Of a stretch of 64,000 nucleotides of DNA, positions 27,178 through 41,600 are shown piece after piece; positions within the stretch are counted from its first letter, which is position 1; the number at the start of each line of letters is the position of its first letter. The notes beneath the pieces were generated by a model. The model was not told where the DNA came from. It saw nothing but the letters and a program-made list of their open reading frames with translations, and made no database searches. This DNA comes from Auanema rhodensis (Eukaryota; Animalia; Nematoda). The translations under genes and the position numbers were made by a program. The stretch spans positions 13,702,001 to 13,766,000 of the forward strand of contig OZ059898.1 in NCBI GenBank assembly GCA_964057225.1, written 5' to 3'.

Positions 27178-28555
27178 AAAGGAATAAAAAGAAAAGTTTC
27201 ACATTAGACGAAGTATTTCATAAACTTTTTATTGTTCAAAATGGTATAGACATGTGATTATATCAAACAGATTCTAAATTTTATTTCCTCAAAAAACTAC
27301 ATAGTAACTATATGTATAAGTAAGTGAGTTATGTGTTATATGTATGTAGATAGGCATTCTATTCTGATCTTCCAAACCAAAACAATTTCTTTCATTTTAC
27401 CTTGAACAAAATGATTTTATGAGCAATGTTAATATGATTGTTGTTCGAAATTCCATGAAAGACAGCAACATTTATTTTAACTTTAATAATAAATATTTAT
27501 TTGAAATAATTTGAATTAGAATAAGCTATATTAACTAAATATGATTATAAATCGTTGTTATAATGCATCAAACATGAAGCTTAGCATGAATCATAAGATT
27601 TGGAAGAATTAAATTGTATTTCATTATGAACCAGTTAAAAAACTGAATTACTACAAATTTCCTTCCAAAAATCATTGGTAGATTTGGGAAAAATTTGATT
27701 TCAACTAATATTCATTTGAATGATCATTGTGTTCTCAGATATGTACATAGAAGACTACATTCAAGAAACTCTGTTCCTGTTGCAATAGATGTGATTCTGC
27801 TACACTCAAACTCTTTTATTCAAGGGAAACACAATTATAATGAAAGTCATGTGATTACAGAAGAAATATTATTTTTTTTGCAAAAAAAAATATTTTATTG
27901 CAATTTTGATTGTTATATATATATAAATATAAATAAATTTAAATATACAATTATATCTGTTAAATTATTTAATTAAATAAGAAAACAAAATATTTAAATT
28001 TAGATATTTTATATTTGAATATTGAATATTCTGAAAAAAAAGAAATTATACCATATCCAGAAGATATTAACCATTTTTTTTCATCATTGAGAATTTTATT
28101 TATTAAAATCTCAAAAAAATAATATTTTTTTATTTAAAATAAATCAATATATATATTTCTTATTTTATAAATTTAATTAGCATAATTTTATATTCTTTTA
28201 AACTGAAATTTAAATTTATTTTAATAAAAAAATGAATTATATTTATATGATGTTGTTATATTATATATTTATGTATATATATAATTGAAATATTTAAAAA
28301 TTACTCTGAGACTATCATATAGAATTTTCGTTGAAAAATTAGGAAAAAACCAGCCAAATACATGTATGTATGTACATGTGTGTCCTTCATAAATACAATG
28401 TATGTACACATGCTTATCTAGTATATTATACTTGAATGAATCAAAGTTTCAGTCAACTACAAATCATTTTCTTATTTAAGTCTCTGAAATATATCTATTA
28501 TTTGACTTTAAAGTAGAGAAAAATATTTTTTTTTCTTCTATGAATATGTTTAGAA

Positions 28556-28618
28556 TACAACCGCTTATTGTGTCAAAACTGGATAAAATAATTCGAATTA
28601 CGTGAACGTGAACGTGAA
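28556..28618 (+). promoter_or_regulatory. Dispersed bipartite element copy
   Basis: TACAACCGC at 28556-28564; TTACGTGAACGTGAACGTGAA with three ACGT cores at 28600, 28606 and 28612. Confidence 0.65.
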
Positions 28619-30602
28619 GTTGTTCAAAACGCTCAATTTATGAAACTGTCACTTTTATTTAAATTTCATTTAAATTAATGTTTCTAAGCTTTGAAATATC
28701 AGTAAAATAAAAAAATATATTTATTATTATTATTTATTCATAATCATATATGATATTCTAAATGTTGTAGTTCAACTTTTAAAAAAAAATATTGAAGGAA
28801 AGAGAAAGATACATGAATGTATGTATGTATGTACGCTATGATGGTTATGACACTTTACTTAGTGTCGTTGAACATAACAGGCTTCACAATATATATTATA
28901 TGATATAATATTAAAAAATATTATTTATATTAAAAGAAGTTTTTGCCAATAATATTGCCAACGTAATACAAAATTAAAGAAATATACATAAGTTAAAAAT
29001 ATAATCTTTCGAAATAGTTACATGCTTTGCTAAGTTATGTATACATATGTGTGAAGCAGCTGATTTATAATATTAATTTAAAAGTAAAATTGCTTTTCAG
29101 ATTTACAAATTAATTATAATGTGTTAGATCACTTAGTTCAGACTATAGTATTAGGATCAAGTTTATTTAATTTCATCTACTCAGCTCTTTCACATGAATT
29201 TGCGTGAAAATTTTGCACTTTGTTTCCAGAATTTTAACTTGAAATCAAATTGCTCTCTTGATCAAATTAAAACTTTTGTTGTAAGTGTATTCGTTAAAGC
29301 ACTTAAACCTTTAATTTCAAAATTTCTCATCCAATTTTCAAATCAATGCTGATCATGGATGATCATGATAAAAGTCCATACATGATTCTAAGGAATAACG
29401 TCATTAATGAAATTTAGCAGAAGAAGGGCGTATGTGATTTGAAAAACGTGGCAGCTTGAATGACGACACCATCTGAGAATATGAAAGAAATAAGAAAAAG
29501 AAAGAGACAATAAAGATGGAGATGACGTTGATATTGGCAATGGACATTGATGAAGACACGAATGATGTCTCTCGATGGTCATACAATTGATAAGCTAAAT
29601 CTTAGCACAGAAATACAAAAATGAACAAACTTTTTCGTTTAAATTTCTGTGTTTCTAGATAAAATTAAAATTATTTTATCCATTTGGTATATGTATAGAA
29701 TTATCGATGTTTGGTCAGGGAATTGTGGATCTGACTAGAATTCGTCAAATACTGTCCTATAATTGGTATTCAGTTAGTCATTTAAACTTCTCGAAAACTT
29801 ATATTTCTTATTGTTTTCCACAACAATCTGATTGCTTTTTCAATTTTTATAAAACACTTGTTCTATGATAAATCATTTCTATAAATGGAATCATGGAAAG
29901 AATGTGATAATGTACTTTGAAAATTAATTTTTCTTTGAATTATCAGTTTAAAAAATTTTTTGTTTATTTTAACAAATTAAAAAAATTATTTAATTATAAT
30001 TCTTTTCATTTTTTTTAAAATTGAATTAATGTGTTTTGCAACATATTCTCGATTATTGATGAAAAGCATAGCTTCGAACTCGTTTGAAAAACTGTAATAT
30101 GACTGGTAGTAGGCATTTCGAAGGAGAATGAACCAGCAATAGAGAGAGACTAGATTACCTTTCTAGTCACTACTAACTATATATGTTATTTTCAATCAAA
30201 AAGAATAAATAATGCATTTTAATGCGAGAAACGTTCTTAAATAGACGACTTAGACAAGGAGGTGGGTGACAACAGTTTTCAGTTTTTCCCACCCACTTCT
30301 TCTCAAAAAGCATTTATCACCGTCAGTCCTTTTTTTTTCATCAAACCATCGTGTACATTGTATTCTTGTCAGGACAAAGTCTGCTTCACTTTTTCATTTG
30401 TAGCTCTCTAGCTGTTCATTCACTGACGATCCATAGAAATAGCTGAAATCCGGAATTTTCAAAGCTATTTGATGACTTCTTTCTTTCCGCACTTTCTCTA
30501 TTTAAATCACTTTCTTCATTATTTTTATGTTTAACTCTTGGTCGTTGTGTTTTACATTTTATTCCTATTTTCGCTTTCTATTTCAGGTATATTTCAAAAT
30601 AA

Positions 30603-32611
30603 ATGCAAAGCGTTGTCATGCCTGATAATTCGAAAGATTGTATGTTTTCTGGGCAATAATTCTAATTTCAAGTAAATCTTACAGTGGTTCTCGTAACTGG
30701 GGCCTCTGGATATGTGGCACTTCATTGTGTTCGTGAACTTCTAGAAAATGGCTATAAAGTTCGAGGAACCGTACGTGATAAGAAAAACAAGCAAAAGGTT
30801 TGTCATAAACTTAAAATCTCAAGGAAAGAAACAAAAATGAAAAGAAAAATCAATTAAAGATAAAATAAAATATTTAACATATCTCAGATTGCCCCTCTTC
30901 TTCGTCTACCATATGCTCAAGAACGTCTCGAATTAGTAGAAGCTGATCTTTTAGTTCCTGAACAATGGCCAGAGTGAGTTTAAACTTAACCATAAAGTTT
31001 TCTTCAATTTCCTCGTTGGTTGGCTAATTTCCAAGTTTTTTAAATTATTTCAAAACTATAAGAACACATTAAAATGAAGTAAAATGCAACCGCTGTAAGA
31101 TGAAGCGAAAATAGAAATAAAAAGTGAACAGTTTTACGTGAATTACGTGAATGATGTCATCTCACGCCATTGTTTTACACTTCTTGACCCTTAAACGGTT
31201 TTTCATTCTAATTTTTATTTCATGTAAAATATTCAAAAAAAACTAGTTTTACAGTGCATTATCCGGATGCGACTATATTCTACATGTAGCATCACCTTGG
31301 CCCATTGTAGCCGATGAATCAGTTATAAAAACCGCCGTTGAAGGTTAGTTGTTTAAACAAAATGTTGTCGATATTATTATAATAAGTATTATTACATTTC
31401 ATATTTTTCATCTATAAAAGTTTTAACTTTTTTTCTCAATTATGATGACTTTAGGAACTCTAAACGTTTTGCAAGCAGCATCGAAGCATCCCGAAATCAA
31501 GAAAGTTGTTTTGACTAGCAGTTGTGCTGCTGTAAACGGTTTGTTTTCATTGAATACAATCACGTCATCAAGGTCACTTGTAAGACGTCAAAGTTTATTG
31601 TTTAAAATCAGAAATATAAGAAAGAATTGTTACAGATGGCTATAAGAATAGCTCAAGAATTTTCGATGAAACTTGTTGGACCAACCTTAACAGTCCATCT
31701 GTTGAATACTATGCAAGATCAAAGACAATGGCTGAATCTGCAGCATGGAAGTATTGGAATAGCATTAACAGTAAGAGATTGCACAGCTAATTAAAACAAA
31801 TAATTTATATTTCGCTTATAGAACAACATAAGTTTGAATTAACAGTTTTGAATCCTACATTCGTTACTGGACCGGTTCTCTCAAATGTTGAACATGGAAG
31901 TGCTACAGTATAAAATATTTAAAGAGTTAAAACTATAAAGAATTGCTCTTTTAGATTATTGGAAGAATGATGGACATCCGTACTTACTTGGCAGCTCCAC
32001 GTGTTAGCTTGGGAATTGTGGATGTTAGAGATGTTGCTAAAGCCCATGTTTGTATGTTCAAACCATATTTAAGCATAATTCTAAATTAATTATGTTTAGT
32101 AGCCTTGAAAAACAAAAAATCAAATGGTGAACGCATTCTCATAACAAGTCAGCCATCAGTTTGGTTCAAGGATATGACCAAATGGCTAAGAAAAGAATTC
32201 CAAAAACAAGGTAAACTCTTGGAAAACATGGATGAAATTTTATTTTTAATTAATTAAGGATATTTCATTTCTCCAATAGAAACACCTACATTTTTATTAA
32301 AGTTATACGCAGCTACTAAGATAGATCCACAAGTTGCAGCTGTAATGCATCGAGTAGGACCCGAATTACAATTTGATAATTCCAAGGTAAATTGATTTTC
32401 GTATTTTTTTTTAAATTAAAAATTTGTTTTTAAGTCAAAGGAAATCTTCAATATTGAGTATATTGATCCTAGAACTTCAATTCTTGAAATGATATATAGT
32501 ATGATTAACTATGGCATGGTTAAGGCAACTAAGAAATATATCAAATATCAAGAAAAAAAATCTAAAAAACTTAATGAACCAATTAATACCATTTTAACAG
32601 AAAAAATGTAA
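30603..32611 (+). CDS. NAD(P)-dependent epimerase/dehydratase (extended SDR, dihydroflavonol-reductase-like; similar to C. elegans F13D11.4)
   Basis: Rossmann motif VLVTGASGYVALHCV, GYKVRGTVR, YILHVASP, KVVLTSSCAAV, catalytic YARSK, VLNPTFVTGP, VDVRDVAKAH. Confidence 0.92.
31085..31150 (+). promoter_or_regulatory. Dispersed bipartite element copy (intronic)
   Basis: TGCAACCGC at 31085-31093; TTACGTGAATTACGTGA with ACGT at 31136 and 31145. Confidence 0.65.
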
Positions 32612-33464
32612 AAAAATAAATAAAAAATAACACATGTACTTATGTATTTTACTTTTTATGAATCTGATTTGTTTCTTTTGGATCCAAACATTACTCAGGC
32701 ATTGCATCATTCTGAATTTTTTCAGAAATTCCATATTAATCATGTATTTACAATAAAATTGTTGTTAATAATAAAAAATTATTGTCCAGAATTATCTTAA
32801 TTTTAAAATTAAAATGGCTTTCATTTCAAGTGATAACACAAGACCAATCAAGTTTTTCATTTCACACCATGTTAGCTTCTGATACTTCAAGTTCAATAAT
32901 CAAAACTAACCGGTTTTATAATTCAGACATTTCAAAAGTTCAGATTTCTAAACATTGGATTTCTGTTATGAAAGTTCTGGAAAATTTTATCTGTTTTCAA
33001 CAAATTTCTTGACAATTTCATATACACAGTACTTGAGTGTATGTAAAGAAAACTGAATAAAGAACATAGTCAAAGTTTTTTTTGTGAAAGTTGTCGATAA
33101 CATGTCTGGTTTTTAAATTTTTTTGACTAACTCTACAACGTTTTTCAATCTAAAAATTTTGGTGGTGAGACAGACAAAATATTTTTTTCGATAAAAATGA
33201 CGTATAGCATAGTTAGCATAGTTAAGAGAACTGAATTATTTTTAACATATTTTTTTCTGAAAAAGATATTTCTCAATAATTCTATTTTAGAAGGGCTTAT
33301 TAAAAAATTTTAGTTTTGAACTTTTAAATAGTTTTTTGAAATGTATGAGCTTTTGGTTGGGGTGTGATTCATGAGTATACTGTGTTCAATAATTGTTTTT
33401 TCAATAAAAAATGACATGAAACATATTTATTTATTTTTAAAAATATTATTATATTTCAATATAT

Positions 33465-34776
33465 TTAAGTAATTTGGGTTGAAACCATATTTCTTACAAA
33501 CCTACGATATGGTTTAAAGAATAGTAATGTACAAATGGATGATATAAATCCATGAGATGCCAAACATAAAATTTGAATTGTATTAAAAACTTAATTATAT
33601 TTAAATTAAAAATTATTCTTCAAATATACTTACTTCCATTGAATTTATGTGGTAGTATACCTGAAAATACTGAATATGCCGACGGAATAGCTACAAAAAC
33701 TAAAGGAGTTAACATCTGAATGTTGGGATAATTATGAAAAAAAGTTGTAATCAGCTCATACTTGATACAGTATCATATAAGAATAACTAAGCTGCATACT
33801 CTTTGTTTTAGAACTTATAACTAGATTATTATTCAGTAGAATTCTGATACAAGCAACTGATGAAAATAAAAATATAAAAGTAGATACAACTATAACTATT
33901 ATTTATGTAAATCATATGATATAGTTAAACAAACGAATAACAATCATTAGTGTAGTTGTAAGCGTCGAATCCATGCTTTCAAATTTAACCGCATAGCTGT
34001 TTCCATGAAGTATGATAGGTAAACTCCAAGGTTCTTCCTGAAACATTGAAATTAGAAAAATATTTTTTCACAGCTTATTCTGTAAGATCTATTCTGTGAT
34101 GTTCAGAGAAATCTTAACTATAGAAGATGTATATAGATATACCTTCAGAAATTCTGTCTTAGAATCAATATTCAGGTAATAAAATGAAAATAATAAAGAA
34201 AATATAAAATGAATTAAAATAAAGAAGAAAGCAAAATATTTAAAATTTGATTCATGTATTTTGAAAAAATAATTTGCTGGTAAAAGTGAATTTAAACGAT
34301 AAATTATAATAAGCAATATAGATGAAGAATGAATACATATGATCGTAAGCATTAAAGTCTGAAAATAATTCAAAATTATTCAAAAAATGAAGAAAACCTC
34401 GTGAGTACAATTTGATAAAATGATGAAAGCCGTTCACCAAATATTCCTTCACATGTAATCAGAAGATATGGATAAAAAACAACAGGATGAACTAGAAAAT
34501 ACGATAAATCTAATAATAGAGAGGATATCTGAAGCATAAAATATTAATTTAAACTTTGGTTTATAATGAAAAACTTGAAAAACCTACTTGATGAAATAGT
34601 ATAAAGTCACGAATCTTTCCCATTACTATAGGTGTTGCTTTATAAATTACAAATAAAGTATAAATATCAAACATAAAAGCTGTAGGTGTTATGAATATTC
34701 TATATTTTCCAGTAATTTCATATATTTCGGGAAATAAAAGATCTTTAAGTTTAATAGTTTTATCATGTTCATTCAT
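33465..34776 (-). CDS. Serpentine chemoreceptor (Str/Srh/Sri superfamily)
   Basis: VIYKATPIVM (TM1 'TP' motif), LIQMLTPLVFVAIP (TM6 QxxxP), SHGFISSICTLLFFKPYRRFV (TM7 H..PYR). Confidence 0.85.
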
Positions 34777-35199
34777 AATTCTGATGAATAAAACACAAAA
34801 ACACTTTCAAAGATGTTGAAAGTAAAGTGTTTTTGTTTCCAAAAAAGAGGAGAAAAAAGTTTTTGTTGATAGCAAGAAGCCAAGCCAAAATAAGTATGAG
34901 AAGATAGATGAATAGTTATCATCCTTTAAGAATCTCTTTTATATAATTTATTTTCATCTAAATACTGATTATATATGTATGTGTGTATGTTCTTCCTTAT
35001 TGTTGTAACAGTTTTTCAATAAACACATTATTAAAGCTTGAAATATTTAATGTTAAACATGTGTTTGTTGGATGAAATTTCAAATTTATGAAAATTATCA
35101 TATGTTTCAAAAAGTAATTTTATTAAAATATTTATAAAAACAACATTTGAAATATGTACATATAAATATATAATATTCATTTATTTATTAAAATAATAT

Positions 35200-36902
35200 T
35201 CAAACATTAAGAAATTTTTGAAAATATATATATTGTCTTTTAATAAATATACGATAAGGTTTAAACATCATTAAATTTGATATTGAGGTTATAGTAGCAT
35301 GTGTTGCTACACTAAGTACTAAAACTGTATTTGTGACTGAAATTTAAAAATTAAATGAGAAATATTCAAATGAGTTTATGTACTTCCGCTATAATCTTTA
35401 AAAAAAAAAAAGTAAGAAATGTACATAAGCTTGGAAGAGCTAGGAATACCATTGGAGATATCATCTGAATAATCTTTTGAAACTTTATTCTTTTGATAAT
35501 TCACACCTGAGCTAATATCATATATGAATAAGTTAATTGAATTTGCTTTGTTCGTCGACTTGCAGACGATTGATTTCTAATTATCTTGAAACATGCTATT
35601 GAACTTAAAACAAAAATAAGTACAGCTATTACTAAAAATTTAAAATTAAATATAATTATAATTTTACGAATAAAAAATTACCAACTAATATTGAAGCAAG
35701 GAAAATCATGAAAATATGTTTAGCACGATATACGTCAGCATAGCATGATGGTCGTGTAACTATTGGTAGAGACCAAGGATTTTTCTGTAATTTCAAATTT
35801 TTGTATTAATTTAAATGAAAAATAATTCCATATTCTTACTTTTACAAATTCTGTTTTAGAATCATCTTTTAAATATAAATTTGGACCACCTATGATAATG
35901 AATGTAGCGACGAATACGGCAAAAATTGAAAGTTTTCCGAAATATTTAGCGAAATTATTAAAAAGCCAATTATCTGGAGATATTCGTTGAAATCGAAATA
36001 ATATAATTAATAATATAGATAATACATGTAGTACTATGAATAATACAATTATATTCTAAATTTTTATTATAATATTTAAATTAAAATAATTTATAGAATT
36101 CTTACAATTTGAAAAAATGCTGATAAAAACATTGATAATGGACCTTCACATGTACATAAAACATAAGGCAAAAATGGTACAGGTTCTATAGCATAAAAGA
36201 AAATATCAGCAAATACTGATGTTAACTGGAAAAAAAATTTAATATTTAAAAATCATAGAAAATTAATTTTTTATTATTTTTAATAATTTATTTTAAATAT
36301 TTTCTGTTATTAAACTTAAAAAAAAATATGTAGATCTAATAGCCTAAGGTTGCCCAACACCGCACACTTATTTTAAAAAATTTTTATAACTTTTTTTAAA
36401 AACAAATTTTGATGGTTTTTTTTTTAATTTTTCAATTGTATTTGTTTTTAGGAGAAACACAGAATTTGTTTCGATGTTTTGAATCAGCTTCAGAATAACT
36501 TGAAAACAATAATTTTGAGGATAAGAAATGAATTTGAAAGATATTATACATTATAAATGAATATTATTAACTATATTGTATATACAGAACTGATCAAACT
36601 ATTTTCTAAATTCTAGTTTTGAATTTCTACGCAAACATCAGTCATTTGTTGTTTTTTTTTTGAAAAGAAATTACTGAACTTTACTAGAATAAACTGAGAT
36701 TTTAATTGAATTTCATTACCTGTTGAAAGAGAATATAAGGCTTCAGTTCATGCATACTATCAGGAGTAGATTTATAAACAACAAACAAAGTAATTGTATC
36801 AATTAGAAAAATTATAGGAGTTACATATAATCGATAAGATCTTGTAATTGAGAATATTTGTGGATATAAAAGCACATCTAACTCAGTAGATGTAACACTC
36901 AT
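35200..36902 (-). CDS. Serpentine chemoreceptor, tandem paralogue of 33465-34776
   Basis: VVYKSTPDSM, LAQMISPMVFLALP, THATITSISNLMMFKPYRIFIK; similar intron layout to its neighbour. Confidence 0.85.
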
Positions 36903-37460
36903 ATTTGATTATATTTTAAACTTTAAACTGAAACAAAGTATAATAAGTAATAAATTATTTAATAATATAAGAAGAGAAAGATAAATAGATTTTTTGAAAT
37001 ATTTAAAAAACTTTTTTTTTTATATTATAAATTAGAAAATAGGAAGCAAATAATATTTATTCTTATATGAATATCTACAATATTACTTCAAATAGTTCAG
37101 ACATAATCGTACTATTTTAATAAAAATGTTTTACACAGATAACAGAGCAAAGGTATCTATTTAAATATTAATTTTTCACAAATGTTCATCGATTTAACAT
37201 GGTAATTTGATGTTATATAATTTATATATATATGTATATATATATATAGAATACTTTTAATTTTTGATGAAAAATATTCAGAAATTAATATCTAGGAGAT
37301 AAAAAAAGAGATATGTATAGTTAATGGCGGCAGTTAGAGAGAAAAAAAGAAAGAACTTTGAACTTTTCATTGAAGCTTCCTGCTTATTTCATGAAAACTT
37401 AATTTTCAATTTGATTTTTATAATATTCTGTCTATAACTAATTCGTGATCAAAATTCGGG

Positions 37461-40400
37461 CTATGCTTCAATTGTATTCTTCTCGTTTATCTTAGATGTT
37501 GACTTCATTATGGAACATCTGTACACTTCGGATTCTGTTTCTTCTGGAATAGCTTTCTGAAGAATTGATGTTCGAGGACGAGGGCGACGAGTCTCTGATG
37601 TAAAGGATTCTGATAACTCACGTACGCGACGTGATAACTCTTCCAACTCGATAGCTCTGAAAGTAATGTTAACTCATAGCAGCCTCTGAGCTGATGATCC
37701 CTTACCTCTGTCCTTGAGTTTGAGAATCTTTTTCTAAACTCTGAAGATTTTCGGCATCTCGAATGTCTCTTTCTGTTATTTCATCTTCTAAATTTCTAAT
37801 TTGAATATCTCGGCTGGCTAATTTGCTTTTCTGAGCTTCAACTTTCTCACTCAAAGCCATTTTCTCTTCTCTTAAAGCTTTATTTTCAGTAGATAATGAT
37901 CTGAACGAGAGGAAAATAAGTTAAAATTAGAAAAACACTTATTCAAACCTTGATAAAGCTTGTAATGCTTCAAGTTCTTTTTGTATTCGTGATCTTTCAT
38001 TGCGTAAATCACCATCAGATGTGGCTCTAGAATCCATCTAAAAATTAAGAAAAAAAGGTTTTTCTTTGAGCTAAACTATAATAAACCTCTTTTTCAAGAA
38101 CTTCATTTCGTGTTTGAGCTGCTTTTAATCTTTCTTCCAGAATATTTATTTGAGTTAGATGAGCTTTAACAGACAACCGAAGCTGAATAGTAAAAATCAA
38201 ATAAGTTGAAACTAAAGTTTAAGGTAACTATACCTCAATTATTTCTTCTTCATTAAAAGATTTATGAGATGTTCGATAACTTTCCTGTTTAATCTTTTCC
38301 ATATTATATTCAACTTTAGCCATATCTGTTGTTAAGCGTGAATTTTCACTGATCAGCTTAGTATTTTCCTTTTTTAACTGAAATCAAGCAAAGAAATTTT
38401 CAGATTTATTTAATCTTTTGGTACCTGATCTATGTGCTGTTGGTCATTTTTATGATGTAGCTGAACTTCCTTGATTCTTCGTTTTAAACCACTAATTTCA
38501 TCCTATAAAACATAAATATACATACAAATATTAAAAATATTAAGAATTATACTTGTAACTCATCATCTCGCTTTTGATTTTCGTTTATTTCAGAATTCAG
38601 ACGATCAATTTGGGTTTTCAAACGTAAAACTTCAGCTTTCGAGCTTTTTTCTTTTTCCACTTGAAGTTCGTCCTGTCGAACTCTTTCAGACAATTTCAAC
38701 TATAACATGGTTTTTACAATCATTCTCGGTTATGTGTCACCTTTAAATCTCCAATTTCTGAACTTAATGACCTAGTTTTCATTACTAAAGCCTCTTTCTC
38801 ATCTTCAACTCGAGCTATTCTACAAAATTAATTGGTTTTAGTCATCATTCGTCTCATCTTAGTTGGCATACCTAGCTTCCTTTTCAGCTAAAATTGGTGT
38901 TAGATCGTCAAGTCTCCTTTGTAATTCTAAGCCTTCTTCCATCAAAGCTCTTTTATCCCTTGTATCAGCTTCTAAAATTTGAATTTATTTTTTCGAAGAG
39001 AAGTTGAAGACACAAACCTGAGCGCGTACTCAGATCAGATTCAGCTTCTCGTAAACGAACTGATAACTGATTAATTCTTTCTTCCCGTTTTCGTATAACT
39101 TCATGTTGTTCCATTATTTGAACTTTCAAATCTTCAGCTTCCTTCAAAAAACAAATGTTTCTATTGAAATATTATGAACGTATACATACTCTAACTTTGT
39201 CTTCAAGCTCGTGAAGCAATTGAGTGTCAGGACTAACTGCTTTCACTGTTCGAAACGATAAATGCCCTTCGGGTGATTGAGTTGTCAACATTCGACTGCA
39301 AAACTGAACAATTAGTTTTCTTTCATAAACTCATATTTTTGATTCAAGCGACCGTAGAACGTAAAGAGGTTTTATGAGTTTCATCAGATAATACATAATA
39401 ATTAATTTTGAAAAAAAGACAAAAAACACAAGTTGGTTTTCAAGTTCAAGTTCAAGTTCACAACATATAATTGATATTTGAAAATTTCTGGTTATTATAT
39501 AGTATTTGATGTCTATAAATTTGGTTTCGTTGCTTTAGGCGTAACAAGCTTAATGGTTAATTCGCCCTCACATTTCAAATATATATGTTATATTTTGTAG
39601 AAAGAATTGAAATTATACCTATCGGATGCTATAACACGAGTGAGATCACGACTTGGTAAATTAGATATTGAAGTATCAAATGATTGTTCCTAAAATTCAG
39701 AAAGACGTATTTGTTTTGAAAATAGAAAAAACATACTTTATTAAGCTTGAAAGAACTTCCCGCATTTACAGCTTGATTTATTCGTTCTCCTAAAATCTTA
39801 TCGAGTGGTGGATGAAAGGAAGGTAATTTGCACCATTCCTTACCATTGATGGATAACTGAAATTTATAAAAAAAATAGTTAGAGCAGCTATTAATATGTG
39901 TATATAACCTCGTTGCCTCTACTCATAATATTGACAACTTTTGAATTTCCAGGCTCCTTTTTTTGTTTTCTTTAAAAAAATTCAGTTGGAATGAGCTGAT
40001 TAATTTATAAGATTCAACTCACAAATAATTATTTTCAAGTTCTAATAATTGAATTTGTTGCTCTAAGCTTCTCGCATACTGTTCTCGTAATAATTCCTGT
40101 GAAATTGCTAGAGTTTCATTCGATTGTGAGCATCCACATCCAGCATTCGTGACTTTGCTTAATTCAAGTTTTCAAATTTTTAAACTTTGGCAAATTGGAG
40201 ATAACTAAAACGTATAATTTGTATTATATTTAGTTACCTCTGTTGAGGAGGAATTGTAGCTCGTGGCAAATTCCCAATGCTGCCACTTCTCTTCATTGTA
40301 GAAGTTGTTGGTCGCTTTTGAGCATTTGAGCATGAAGGTTTTGGTTCTCGATAATAAGTACTTGATGTGCCTAAATTAAAGAATTGCTTTGTTTAATTGT

Positions 40401-40528
40401 TTCAAAACATCTTATGAATTAAAATTTTGAAAACAAAATTTGAAAAAGATAAAAGAAAAGAAAAAAATTGTTATACCTTGTACCATAAGTGGTGGCTGCT
40501 TCTTCGGATGACTTGATGGTTTCATCAT
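37461..40528 (-). CDS. Long coiled-coil protein, family not recognised
   Basis: About 18 phase-consistent exons; Ser/Pro-rich N-terminus, YARSLEQQIQLLELENNYLK segment, then extended heptad-rich E/K/R/Q sequence ending ...KINEKNTIEA*. Confidence 0.8.
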
Positions 40529-40701
40529 ATTCAATAGTATGAATAAGAAACAAAAAAAAACTTAAATGAATATGCTTAATGTGTTTTCCAGTAAACAATT
40601 GTTTATGAATGAAAGGGACGGGTTATAACAAGGGTTAAGCCGTATATGGTGTGTATGTATGGCTAAATGGATAGCCACCTGGTACCCAATTGAACGCACT
40701 G

Positions 40702-40714
40702 GTCACCTGGCAAC
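40702..40714 (-). promoter_or_regulatory. X-box (RFX/DAF-19)-like motif GTTGCCAGGTGAC
   Basis: Perfect GTTGCC half-site in a 13-bp imperfect palindrome ~175 bp upstream of the coiled-coil gene ATG. Confidence 0.4.
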
Positions 40715-41600
40715 AGCATCTATCGGTCACTCACTGTCTAATAGATGTTAGATGAGTAATCGAGAATTAGAGAGAAAAGAAAAATATTAAAAAGGAAAAC
40801 AAACAAGATATGCTTCTTTCCGATTATAATTAATATTATATATTATATATAATATTATATAAATAAATTTGTTATATGTGACCTTTTCTTTGACAAATTT
40901 AATCTCCGTGTTGTTGTACTGTTTTGAATATTTTCAGTTTTTTTTGGGATAATTATTAACTTTCTTTCCTTCATGATGTCATCATTTTCAGTTTTGAATT
41001 GAACTTCACGAACTATGATGACGTCGTCAGTAATGATTGTGACCTAGAAATACATAATCATCTAAAGATCAATGATTATAATTTTTTATCTTAATTATAA
41101 TTATTATATAGAACTAAATAATAATTTTATATACAATATACTATATACTAATGATGTATATACTCAATTAGTTTCATTTTTTACTTTTTTCTTACAAATT
41201 TTATCATTTTTTTTCATTAATAATATCTTAGTTGTAATTAAATTTTCTTTTAGTTCTCTTATCATTACAAATGAAACAAGTTTTCATTTTCATTCTTAAA
41301 TCAATTTATCAACTTGTTCTCAACTTTATTCAAGAATTATAATTTAATTTCTTTTTTTTTCTTTGGCAGAAATGCATTGTTTCTATTGTTTCGTTGAGTT
41401 TTCTTTGATAAATATGTATGTGTATGTGTGTGTGTGTTGTATTAATATGAAAAACAAAAGACGAATTTACTTCAAAAAATAAGAAATTTATTCATATAGG
41501 GCAAAATCATTATCACGAATTAGCACCTGAGTCTCAATGTACATAGTTATAATAGTATTTATGTTTTTTTCTCAGATTTTATGACGAGGTGAATCGATTC

